DNA from: an uncultured candidatus Porisulfidus sp.
GTDB taxonomy: Bacteria; Pseudomonadota; Gammaproteobacteria; Poriferisulfidales; Poriferisulfidaceae
Direction: 5' to 3'
DNA length: 64,000 nt
Assembly: GCA_965199755.1 (NCBI GenBank)
Contig: CBDASZ010000002.1
Location: 128,001-192,000 of the forward strand
The notes under the pieces were generated by a model. The model was not told where the DNA came from. It did no database searches and was given only the letters and a program-made list of their open reading frames with translations. Shown piece after piece: positions 1 to 9,029 of the stretch; positions within the stretch are counted from its first letter, which is position 1; the number at the start of each line of letters is the position of its first letter. The translations under genes were made by a program, and so were the position numbers.

Positions 1-157
1 CTACTGTCTCCAGTTCTCCGAGACGCACTGTGACCGTTGTGCCTTCACCGCGGCTGATCGAGACCTGAGCGCCGCTGGCACCCAACTGTCGGGCTTGCTC
101 CAGTACGCTTTGCGCGCAGTCGCGAAGATCCGCGTCAACGTCTATTTCAGCCGGCAT
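1..157 (-). CDS. pmbA: PmbA/TldE metalloprotease subunit, N-terminal part (runs off the window)
   Basis: Manual translation from ATG at 157: MPAEIDVDADLRDCAQSVLEQARQLGASGAQVSISRGEGTTVTVRLGELETV, a TldE-type N-terminus. Overlaps the tldD stop. Confidence 0.8.
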   Translation of the reverse strand, partial: MPAEIDVDADLRDCAQSVLEQARQLGASGAQVSISRGEGTTVTVRLGELETV

Positions 158-1607
158 ACAACTGGGTTCCTCCAACCGTCAGGCCGTCCACCCGCAAGGT
201 CGGTTGTCCGACCCCGACCGGAACCTGCTGTCCATCCTTGCCGCAAGTGCCAACACCTTTGTCTAACTTCAGATCGTTTCCGACCATGCTGACGCGACGC
301 AACACATCAGGGCCATCACCAATGAGTGTCGCGCCCTTGACCGGCTCAGCCACTTTGCCGTCGCGGATGCGATAAGCCTCGGAAGCGGAGAACACAAACT
401 TGCCGGAGGTGATGTCTACCTGTCCGCCGCTAAATCCAACCGCATACAGGCCCTGGTCGACTGAAGCCAGAATTTCCTCCGGGTCATACTTGCCCGGCTG
501 CATGTAGGTATTGGTCATACGCGGCATCGGCCGGTGAGCGTAAGACTCGCGGCGGCCATTGCCAGTCGATTCAGTCTGGTGCAAGCGTGCGTTGTGCCGG
601 TCGTACATAAAACCGCGCAAGATACCGTCTTCAATTAACACCGTGTTCTGGGTCGGCGTACCCTCATCGTCGATGCGCAGGGAACCGCGACGGTCCAGCA
701 GCGTACCGTTGTCAACCACTGTCACGCCCTCGCTCGCCACACGCTGTCCCATCAGATTAGTGAAGGCAGATGTTCCTTTGCGAATCGCATCTCCCTCCAA
801 CCCGTGTCCGACCGCCTCATGCAGTAGCACACCCGGCCAGCCGCAACCCAGAACGACTGTCATGGAACCGGCCGGAGCCTCTTTGGACTCAAGATTCAGC
901 AATGCGGTGCGCACCGCTTCGCGCGCAAAATTCTCTGCTGCGCCTTCGTCGAGCAGACGGCTGTAACCATAGCGTCCGCCTCCTCCCGCCTGACCCATCT
1001 CGCGGCGATCGCCGCGTTCCGCCAGCACCCCGACACTCAGCCGCACCAGAGGGCGAATATCGGTCTGATACACCCCGTCACTTGAAGCGACCAAAACCAC
1101 TTCGTAGGTGGAAGCCAGCGTGGCAGTGACTTTTCTGACTTCCGGTGCCGTCGCGCAGGCGATCCGGTCTACTTCACGCAACACTTCAAGTTTGCGATCC
1201 ATGTCAAGGTCGGCCATCGGATTGTCATAGGCGCACACAGCCGGCGGTGAACTCGCTTTGCTGTGTGGCAACTGCAATTCGCCGTCAGAGTGCGCAATGG
1301 CGCGCGCGGTACGCGCGGCTTCCAGCAACTGCATCGCATTGAGCTCGTCGGAATATGCAAAGCCTGTCTTCTCCCCGGCAATCACGCGCACCCCCGCGCC
1401 TTGATCCAGAGAAAACGCCGCATCACGCACCCGGCCGTCCTCCAGCATCAGCATTTCATGCTGCTGATATTGCAGATAGATGTCCGCGTAGTCGCAGGCT
1501 CTCGACCAAGCGCTGCCCAAAGTCTGATACAGAATCTGGGACGTGAGTTCGCCCGGTTCCAACAAGTACTGGTGCGCCGCGTTTTGCGTCAGATCTTCAT
1601 GCGGCAT
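147..1607 (-). CDS. tldD: Metalloprotease TldD
   Basis: HEAVGHGLEGD metal motif, RMTNTY, GTCGKDGQQVPVGVGQPT. Confidence 0.97.
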   Translation of the reverse strand: MPHEDLTQNAAHQYLLEPGELTSQILYQTLGSAWSRACDYADIYLQYQQHEMLMLEDGRVRDAAFSLDQGAGVRVIAGEKTGFAYSDELNAMQLLEAARTARAIAHSDGELQLPHSKASSPPAVCAYDNPMADLDMDRKLEVLREVDRIACATAPEVRKVTATLASTYEVVLVASSDGVYQTDIRPLVRLSVGVLAERGDRREMGQAGGGGRYGYSRLLDEGAAENFAREAVRTALLNLESKEAPAGSMTVVLGCGWPGVLLHEAVGHGLEGDAIRKGTSAFTNLMGQRVASEGVTVVDNGTLLDRRGSLRIDDEGTPTQNTVLIEDGILRGFMYDRHNARLHQTESTGNGRRESYAHRPMPRMTNTYMQPGKYDPEEILASVDQGLYAVGFSGGQVDITSGKFVFSASEAYRIRDGKVAEPVKGATLIGDGPDVLRRVSMVGNDLKLDKGVGTCGKDGQQVPVGVGQPTLRVDGLTVGGTQLYAG

Positions 1608-2416
1608 TCCAGTCTCCGATTATCTGTGCAGGGAAAGTTGGTGCGAACCTCCCGAAGCAGTTGACGATCCAGCATCGCCGTAACGACACCGGGGCTATGC
1701 GGGCGCTGGCCCTTGATAGTGCCCCAAGGATCGATAATCATGGAATGCCCGTAGGTTTCGCGACCATTGACATGAAAGCCGCCTTGCCCGCTGGCAATCA
1801 GATAAACCAGGTTTTCAATCGCGCGGGCACGCAACAGGGATTCCCAATGCGCTCGTCCGGTCAGCGCCGTAAATGCGGCAGGTAACGTGATGATTTCAGC
1901 TCCCTGATCCAGCAAGGCGCGAAACAGTTCGGGAAAACGCAGGTCGTAACAGACCGTCAGACCCAAGTGTCCGAATGGCGTCTCCGCCACCACCGGCTCA
2001 CTACCACGGTGAATGGTGGCGGATTCGTTGTATTTCTCACCACTGGCGACCAGTGTGACATCGAACAGATGAATTTTGTCATAGCGGGCACGCAGTTCAC
2101 CACGATCGTCATACAGCATGCAGGCCGCCGCCATCTTGTCCGGCACCTCGCAATGCAACGGAATGGTGCCAGCCACCATCCAGATGCCGTGACGCCGACA
2201 TTGTTTGCGTACAAAGTCCTGAATCGGCCCGTCTCCAGGCTGCTCGCGATACTGCAGCACATCCTCATCCCGCATGCCCATCGCGGCGAAATTCTCCGGC
2301 AGCACGACCAGACGCGCACCCTGCTTGCTGGCCTGCTCAATCCAGCGGGACGCTTCGAACAGGTTGGCTTCCCGGTTGGGGCCGGAGGCCATCTGAATCG
2401 CTGACACTTTATCCAT
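1589..2416 (-). CDS. Carbon-nitrogen hydrolase (Nit1-like amidase)
   Basis: LPENF, YDKIHLFDV and CYDLRFPE supply the Glu-Lys-Cys triad. Usual neighbour of tldD. Confidence 0.92.
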   Translation of the reverse strand: MDKVSAIQMASGPNREANLFEASRWIEQASKQGARLVVLPENFAAMGMRDEDVLQYREQPGDGPIQDFVRKQCRRHGIWMVAGTIPLHCEVPDKMAAACMLYDDRGELRARYDKIHLFDVTLVASGEKYNESATIHRGSEPVVAETPFGHLGLTVCYDLRFPELFRALLDQGAEIITLPAAFTALTGRAHWESLLRARAIENLVYLIASGQGGFHVNGRETYGHSMIIDPWGTIKGQRPHSPGVVTAMLDRQLLREVRTNFPCTDNRRLECRMKI

Positions 2417-2647
2417 GACTGGGCCTGTTGGATGGGCAGAAAGGTTTGGGGACTACTATTTTAGAGAATCGGCATTCGCTCCTGTATTTCGCATTGGATT
2501 TGGGGCTTCACAGTTTTGTGTGGAATACGGGTCTTGGGTAAAGATCCAGTTGACCCAGATCAAAGAGGATCGCTTTTCGGAATCGTTCGCGGTTTCGGTA
2601 GCCGCAAGGAATATCCGCCGATTCAGGCTAATGGCGGATGGCCTGCC

Positions 2648-3258
2648 CTACCGCTGCAGATTCAGAAGAACCCGCGCGCCGATGTCATCGCTGCCGCTCG
2701 CCTGTGTACGCTTCTACGCTCAGGTCCAGCCCGGTCCGCTGCCACGCGACATCCAAACGCTGACTGCTGCCACCCTCGCGATATGTCATGCCTACGTAGG
2801 GTTTGATCAGGCCATTGAGTGTGCCGTCGCCGATGCGACTGGCGGCTATTCCGTAAGCCAGTTCCATCCCAGTGCGGAGAGTAGCGAGGCGCGGGATGCG
2901 CTGTCGTTTTCTGTCAGGCCAGAGAACGCCTCCGCGTCCTGCTCCCGGAGTTGTTGCGGATCGGCCTGCGCGTCCACGCCAAAGGTCGGCGCCAGCAATA
3001 ATGAGAACCCCTGACCGTCAGAGCCCGTCAATCTGCACGGACCCGCTGAGCCCCCACTCGCGATCGGCACTGTACCTCGATGTGTTTGCTATCTTGGACT
3101 CCAATGAGGATAACGGTCAGATCGTCTCTAACCTCCTGAGCATGCACGGAGGCGGGCAGCAAGCCACTAAACAGTAGTGCCAAGCCTGCGAACAGGCGGC
3201 ACCGAGCGGCTAAGGTCATATATGAGCCCCTCCCCCTAACTATTATGGAGAGGCCCAA
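2648..3258 (-). pseudogene. Fragmented secreted/autotransporter-like beta-barrel gene remnant
   Basis: Consecutive short ORFs in different frames: signal peptide (..PASVHA/QE), GSDGQGFSLLLAPTFG, ELAYG..IKPYVGMTY..LDVAWQ..LDLSVEAY, and a last strand-like piece RVLLNLQR*. Confidence 0.5.
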
Positions 3259-3439
3259 GAGCGATAAAAACGCAACTGGTATTAGTTACATCATCCCGTG
3301 AAATGCCCAAATATATCTGTGGTATTAAACGGGGGCTTCACTATGCTCAATTATCCCAAACAGAACCACGAAGCCCCATGTTGCGATTAGCCCCCTAAAG
3401 AGGTAGGATCCGATATGAGTATAAGGGGTTCTCAAGGAA

Positions 3440-4303
3440 ATGTCTGCACCCATCCAGCCAAAACCCTTCGTCAAATGGGCCGGGGGCAAAAGCCAGTTGC
3501 TCGGCGAGTTGGAGAAGCGCTTCCCCCAGAAGTGTCAGAATTACTTTGAAATCTTTGGGGGGGGGGGGGGGGCAGTGCTGTTCTCGCTCGGAGATCACAG
3601 CAATCTCAAACGCACCGGCATCCTCGCATTCAATGATCAAAACCCCGAGTTAATCAACACCTATGAGGTTGTCCGAGATAATGTGGACAGATTGATCGAC
3701 AGTCTCTCCAAACACCAGAACACGCCAGAATATTTCAAGGAGATTCGCGACTGGGATCGCCCTCCTCATCGCTACAAGCAGTGCAGCAAAGTAAAGCGAG
3801 CCAGCCGCCTGATTTATCTCAACAAGACAGCCTACAATGGCCTTTATCGTGTAAACGCCAAGGACCAGTTCAATGTTCCCTTTGGCAAATATCGCAATCC
3901 CAAAATCGTTGATGCCGAAAATCTTCGGGCCTGCTCCGAGTTCCTGCAGAACGTCTGGCTGTCCTCGCTGGATTTCGAGGCACTCCTAGAACGAATTTCA
4001 CGAGGCGATATGGTCTATATGGATCCGCCTTACGCCCCCCTTTCCGAGACCTCCAGTTTCACCGCATACACAAAAGACGGATTTGGCCGTGACAAACAGG
4101 AACGTTTAAGAGACTTCTGCGTTGCCTTAGACCGCAAGGGCGCCAAGTTCCTGTTGTCCAATTCTGCAGCTGACTGGATTCAGTGCCTCTACAGAGCGCA
4201 TCCCCAATTTAATGTGGAAGAAGTCTTCGCAAACCGTGCTATTAACAGCAAGGCAGAAGGCCGTGGCAAGGTTAAAGAAATTGTCGTGCGGAACTACTCA
4301 TGA
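3440..4303 (+). CDS. DNA adenine methyltransferase, Dam/D12 class
   Basis: KWAGGK, motif I FGGGGGAV, YNGLYRVN..FNVPFG, catalytic DPPY, LSNS. Confidence 0.95.
   Translation: MSAPIQPKPFVKWAGGKSQLLGELEKRFPQKCQNYFEIFGGGGGAVLFSLGDHSNLKRTGILAFNDQNPELINTYEVVRDNVDRLIDSLSKHQNTPEYFKEIRDWDRPPHRYKQCSKVKRASRLIYLNKTAYNGLYRVNAKDQFNVPFGKYRNPKIVDAENLRACSEFLQNVWLSSLDFEALLERISRGDMVYMDPPYAPLSETSSFTAYTKDGFGRDKQERLRDFCVALDRKGAKFLLSNSAADWIQCLYRAHPQFNVEEVFANRAINSKAEGRGKVKEIVVRNYS
3557..3572 (+). repeat. G16 homopolymer in motif I of the methyltransferase (currently in frame)
   Basis: atcttt-G16-cagtg. Confidence 0.9.
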
Positions 4304-5565
4304 CCAAGAATGACCGCGCCTGGGAGAAAATTCTTGAGCAAGACCCTGATATCAAACACGCACTTGAAGAGCGGGCTTACTTTGATATTACGGCTAAAAC
4401 CATCAAGGACCATAGTGGAAGAGAACCTCGACTGGCCTGCAAAAATGACTTCCGGGAACAAGTACCCCAACCCCTTCAGGCACTCCATTCCTCAATCCTT
4501 GCCTTGGGCAATGGGAACTATCGAATCGCTCGCACCGACCCGTTCGTCTCCGTGGTGCGCCCCCGCAACGCCAAGACACAAAAACATTCTTTACCAAAAC
4601 ACATTCATGCGCTTTCTCCCGACGATATCAAAAGTGAATCCAAGGCGCTTGATGCGGCGCTCATCTCCGGCATTCTCGATGACCTAACAGAGGATACATT
4701 GTCTCTGGTGCTGCGCGGCAGAGAGTACTGCAGCCCGTTCGAATTCTCACTTCCTGACCAACAGAATCCCGGTCATCGCATCGACTATCCGGTCGATGGT
4801 GTACAGGTAGAAGTCGATGGTGGCTATGAAGGCAAGAATGGAATCTATTTGATCGAAGCCAAGATCGGAACCCGAGACAACATGAACTTGCGTCAGTTGC
4901 TTTACCCGCATTTGCACTACAAAAACATCTACCGAAAACCGGTCAAGAGTTATTTAATGTTCTATCAGCCTACGGGACAGTTCCATTTTTATTCGTTCAG
5001 CCCGAACCATCTCCAACTTGACGGCGGCCTCGGGCACTGGTGTTATCAACTGGAGCACCGGTATTCCGACATTCCTCTCTGGGAGAACATTATTGCCACC
5101 TCGGTGGATATGAGGAAGACAGATCGCAGCGCTCCTTTCCCTCAGGCAGACAAGTTTGAAGTCGTAGTTGAGGTGTTCCTCAAACTGTGTGAGAAAAAGC
5201 AGTTGAGTAAAGAGGCGTTATTCGTAAATCATGACATTGTGCCGCGACAATATGATTACTACGTCAATGTACTGCGCTGGATGCGGCTGATTCAAAAAAC
5301 ATCCGATCCTCAGCAAAGAATCGTATTTGAACTATCTCCACTCGGGAATGAGTTGGCCGGAAAACCCGTCATGAAAATGCTACTTGAAATGGCCCGAATC
5401 GTATTCTCAAACAGTCTGCTCAATCTGTATCTGCATCACGAGCAACCCAGAATTCCCGATCGTGTACGGGAAGAAAACGGTTTACGTGCGGACAGTACTT
5501 TCGAACGGCGGCTACAGACCGTGCGGAGTTGGGTGAACTACTTCCGCAAAATCTTCGTCCACTAA
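4300..5565 (+). CDS. Putative restriction endonuclease, PD-(D/E)xK fold with helical C-terminal domain
   Basis: QVEVDGGYEG..YLIEAK..RQLLYP. ATGA overlap with the methyltransferase. From memory resembles the DUF6996/DUF6997 type II restriction proteins (unverified). Confidence 0.7.
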   Translation: MTKNDRAWEKILEQDPDIKHALEERAYFDITAKTIKDHSGREPRLACKNDFREQVPQPLQALHSSILALGNGNYRIARTDPFVSVVRPRNAKTQKHSLPKHIHALSPDDIKSESKALDAALISGILDDLTEDTLSLVLRGREYCSPFEFSLPDQQNPGHRIDYPVDGVQVEVDGGYEGKNGIYLIEAKIGTRDNMNLRQLLYPHLHYKNIYRKPVKSYLMFYQPTGQFHFYSFSPNHLQLDGGLGHWCYQLEHRYSDIPLWENIIATSVDMRKTDRSAPFPQADKFEVVVEVFLKLCEKKQLSKEALFVNHDIVPRQYDYYVNVLRWMRLIQKTSDPQQRIVFELSPLGNELAGKPVMKMLLEMARIVFSNSLLNLYLHHEQPRIPDRVREENGLRADSTFERRLQTVRSWVNYFRKIFVH

Positions 5566-7424
5566 GCCTTGTCCTCGGCCAGTTCAAACTGCGCTTTTAC
5601 CGGCATCATTTCGCGCAGATGCTTATCAAGCAGCGGACATTTCTGTTTGGAGCATCCACAAGGCTTTTCATTCGCGCACATACCGATGCGCGCAAAGGCG
5701 AATTCCAGTGCTTGCTCGCGCGTGGCGGTGAACTGATCAAGCCAATCATCACCCGCGAACCCGGTGCGTTTGAAAATATCCATGACATCGGTATTCGCAC
5801 GCGCCACCAGAAACGCCACATTCGAGTCAACCAGTTGCTTCGACAAACTATGTAAGGTGTACTCACCGGTCGCGTCAATCTCATTGATGCCAACCGCATC
5901 AATGATGATATAGCGCAACCCCGGCGTTTGTACCGTGATGCGCAGGACGCGCTCGACGAAATAACTGATGTTGGCGAAAAACAGCGGCCCTTCGAAGCGC
6001 ACAATCGCCACCGTGCAGCAGGTCTCCAACAACTGTCTTCCGGCATCCGCAAAATTCCCACTGTGATTTCGGGACACCCGATACACGTGCGGGTGCATGG
6101 TGCGATAAACGAACAGCCCCAGCGAAAACAGCACGCCGACGATGATGCCCTGCTCCAGATGCGGTGCCCAAACCAAGGTGAGCACAAAAGTCAGCACCGA
6201 CACCACCGCATCGTGTTTCTGCACTTTCCAGGCATACAGGATCGGCTTGACGCGCACCAGCGGAATCACCGCCATGATGATGACCGAAGCCAGCATCGCC
6301 TGCGGCATGTAATAGAGCATGGGCGTCAGGAACAGCAGCGTCGCTCCCACCACCAGTCCGGTCACCACCGAGGAGAATCCGGTGCGCCCCCCCGCTTCCA
6401 TATTCACAGCCGTGCGAGAGAAGGAACCCGACACCGCATAGCCCTGAAACAGGCTGGCCACGATATTGCTGAGTCCCTGCCCGACCAGTTCCTGATTCGG
6501 ATCCAGTTCCTGGCGCGTCTTCCGCATTGAGACCGCCTTGGCAATGGAATACGCCTCCATAAACCCGATCAGGGAAATCGCCACCGCCACGCCCAGCAGG
6601 TCCAGCATCACGGCGACATCCAATTCCGGCATGGAGAACGCCGGCAGACCTTGCGGAATCGACCCGACAATACGCCCACCAAAGTTTGCCTCAAAGCCAA
6701 TCGCCCAAGAGCCTACAGTGGTCAGCACCGCGGCTACCAGAATCGGCGGCAATCGCCGCCAGATTTTCGGCAACAACAGCATCAAGCCAATCGCAATAAT
6801 GCTCATGGCCACGGTCGGCAAGTGCAAATGGTGATAGGCCGCGACCAGCACATTCCAGACCGTTTCGTAGTGCGCGTCACCGCGCACCGCATCCACTCCC
6901 AGCAGTTTGGACAATTGCGATGTGGCAATGATCAGTGCGGCGGCATTGGTGAAGCCAATCACCACCGGGTGCGACAGGAAATCGACCAGCATGCCCATTT
7001 TCAACATGCCCAGAATCAGCTGAAACACGCCCACCATCAGCGCGAGCATGATGGCGTAGGCAATGTAGCCGTCCGAGCCGCTTGCTGCGATTGGCTCCAG
7101 CGCACTCGCAGTCAGCAGTGAAATCACCGCAACCGGCCCGGTCGCCAGTTGGCGTGATGAACCAAACAATGAAGCGACAATGACCGGCAGGAATGAAGCG
7201 TACAGCCCGTAATACGTAGGCAATCCGGCCAGTTGCGCGTACGCCATTGACTGCGGCACCAGCACCAGAGCAACCGTCACACCGGAAACAAAATCCGCAC
7301 GCAACACCGAGGTGTCACGCAGTTCCGGCACCCAGTCTACAAAGGGTGTGGAACGCCTTATGCCGTAACGCAGGATGCGTCGACCGTTTTTATATAATTT
7401 TTGATATATCCACTTAGCCCACAT
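5562..7424 (-). CDS. SulP (SLC26) anion permease with STAS domain
   Basis: VPQSMAYAQLAGLP, GLYASF, NQELVGQGLSN, GSFSRTAVN, STAS segment FEGPLFFAN..IDATG. Start placed at ATG 7424 to avoid overlapping xseA. Confidence 0.93.
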   Translation of the reverse strand: MWAKWIYQKLYKNGRRILRYGIRRSTPFVDWVPELRDTSVLRADFVSGVTVALVLVPQSMAYAQLAGLPTYYGLYASFLPVIVASLFGSSRQLATGPVAVISLLTASALEPIAASGSDGYIAYAIMLALMVGVFQLILGMLKMGMLVDFLSHPVVIGFTNAAALIIATSQLSKLLGVDAVRGDAHYETVWNVLVAAYHHLHLPTVAMSIIAIGLMLLLPKIWRRLPPILVAAVLTTVGSWAIGFEANFGGRIVGSIPQGLPAFSMPELDVAVMLDLLGVAVAISLIGFMEAYSIAKAVSMRKTRQELDPNQELVGQGLSNIVASLFQGYAVSGSFSRTAVNMEAGGRTGFSSVVTGLVVGATLLFLTPMLYYMPQAMLASVIIMAVIPLVRVKPILYAWKVQKHDAVVSVLTFVLTLVWAPHLEQGIIVGVLFSLGLFVYRTMHPHVYRVSRNHSGNFADAGRQLLETCCTVAIVRFEGPLFFANISYFVERVLRITVQTPGLRYIIIDAVGINEIDATGEYTLHSLSKQLVDSNVAFLVARANTDVMDIFKRTGFAGDDWLDQFTATREQALEFAFARIGMCANEKPCGCSKQKCPLLDKHLREMMPVKAQFELAEDKA

Positions 7425-7527
7425 AGCTTTCTTCCTGAAACGGGCGGGTGATCGGAAAAGTGCCGTGCACTGGGGTATTACTCTATCACACAGTACAATC
7501 TTGGCATTGATTTTGCCCACCATTCCC

Positions 7528-8889
7528 GTGTCCGAAGCACCCCATATCCATACCGTCAGCGAACTGAACCAGCAGGCTCGCGACCTGCTGCTCGCCCATT
7601 TCTCGCAAGTCTGCGTTCAGGGCGAAATCAGCAACATGAAGCGCCACAGTTCCGGACACTGGTATTTCACGCTCAAGGACACCAGCTCCGAGTTGCGTTG
7701 CGCCATGTTCCGCAGCAACAATCAATTCGTCCCGTTTGTGCCTGATGACGGGGACACCGTACGCGCCTTTGGGCGGCTGGAGATCTACCTGCAGCGCGGC
7801 AGCTACCAATTGGTGGTTCGGGAATTGCAGGAAGAAGGCCGCGGCGAACTACTGCGCCGGCTGGAAGAACTTAAACTTCAACTCCACCGCGAAGGACTCT
7901 TTGACGCGGAGCGCAAAAGTCCGCTGCCCGCCTATCCTGCCGCTTTGGGCGTGGTCACTTCTGAAAGCAGCGCGGCTTTGCGCGACGTCGCACGTGCCTT
8001 GCGCCGTCGCTGGCCGGCTGCGAAACTCTACGTCTACCCCGCCACGGTGGAAGGAACTGATGCGGCCGCATCACTGTGTACAGCGCTGAATCTCGCCATC
8101 ACGCATGGTCAATGCGACACCTTGCTGCTGGTACGCGGTGGCGGCAGTCTCGAGAGTCTGCTGGCCTTCAGCGATGAAGCGCTGGTGCGCGCCGTCGCCG
8201 AGTGCCCGGTTCCCATCATCAGCGGCGTCGGCCACGAAACAGACACCAGCTTCGTGGACTTCGCGGCCGACCTGCACGCAGCGACCCCCACGGCCGCCGC
8301 GGAACAAGCGAGCCCGAACGGCCAAGCGATCAGCACGGAACTTGGGAGGAGAATCGCACGGAATCAGCAAAGCATCAACCGTATCCTGCAGCAGGCGCGG
8401 CAAGCCTTGCAGGCCGATGAGCACCGTCTGGCGCAAACGCATCCGGCGCGCAAGATTCAAACCCACCAACAGCGACTCGACGACCTGTCCGACCATCTGC
8501 AGACCTCTCTGGCCCACCAGCTGCGGCAGCGCCACAGCCACCTGGCCCTGATGTGGCAGCGCCTTGAAACCTGCGCCCCACACGGTCGCCTCGCCTCACT
8601 ACAGCAGGCAGTGACACAAACCCGACAGCGGCTGCAACAGTCCATACGCGCCCTGCACCAGACCTGGGATGCGCGGCTGCAACGCGCCGACAGCACCCTA
8701 CAAGCCGTGGGCCCGCAGCAGACACTGGATCGCGGCTATGCCATCCCGACCATGCAGACAGCCGAGGGAGTTCGGGTGTTGCGCACACTCGACCAGGTGC
8801 AGGTCGGAAGTTCTTTTGAAATGCGTCTGGCGCGCGGCAGACTTGATGCGGAAATCACCCGGATCGATCCGGCAGAATCGGAATCCTAA
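7528..8889 (+). CDS. xseA: Exodeoxyribonuclease VII large subunit
   Basis: GEISN..SGHWYFTLKD, RGGGSLE, SGVGHETD, TPTAAAE, LDRGYA. Start codon approximate (GTG 7528). Confidence 0.95.
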   Translation: MSEAPHIHTVSELNQQARDLLLAHFSQVCVQGEISNMKRHSSGHWYFTLKDTSSELRCAMFRSNNQFVPFVPDDGDTVRAFGRLEIYLQRGSYQLVVRELQEEGRGELLRRLEELKLQLHREGLFDAERKSPLPAYPAALGVVTSESSAALRDVARALRRRWPAAKLYVYPATVEGTDAAASLCTALNLAITHGQCDTLLLVRGGGSLESLLAFSDEALVRAVAECPVPIISGVGHETDTSFVDFAADLHAATPTAAAEQASPNGQAISTELGRRIARNQQSINRILQQARQALQADEHRLAQTHPARKIQTHQQRLDDLSDHLQTSLAHQLRQRHSHLALMWQRLETCAPHGRLASLQQAVTQTRQRLQQSIRALHQTWDARLQRADSTLQAVGPQQTLDRGYAIPTMQTAEGVRVLRTLDQVQVGSSFEMRLARGRLDAEITRIDPAESES

Positions 8890-8927
8890 GTTCTTCAACC
8901 TCCCCTGTTGCGGTTATACTAGAAACC

Positions 8928-9007
8928 GGTCGGGAAACCTCCTCGTCTCCGTATTCCCGGCTAGGGCTGGTCGCTCTTGACAACCTCCACAAATGTCGAT
9001 GAGCGCC
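8928..9007 (+). ncRNA. Candidate small RNA / structured leader: two hairpins with ACCUCC loops
   Basis: Stems 8928-8936/8954-8962 and 8972-8982/8994-9005, each loop starting ACCTCC. TATACT -10 box at 8915-8920. Confidence 0.3.
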
Positions 9008-9029
9008 GCCCACCTGACTCACTGATCTG

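Noticed and set aside
2415-3014. 199-aa plus-strand ORF
   Set aside because: No recognisable motifs; antisense to the barrel remnant.
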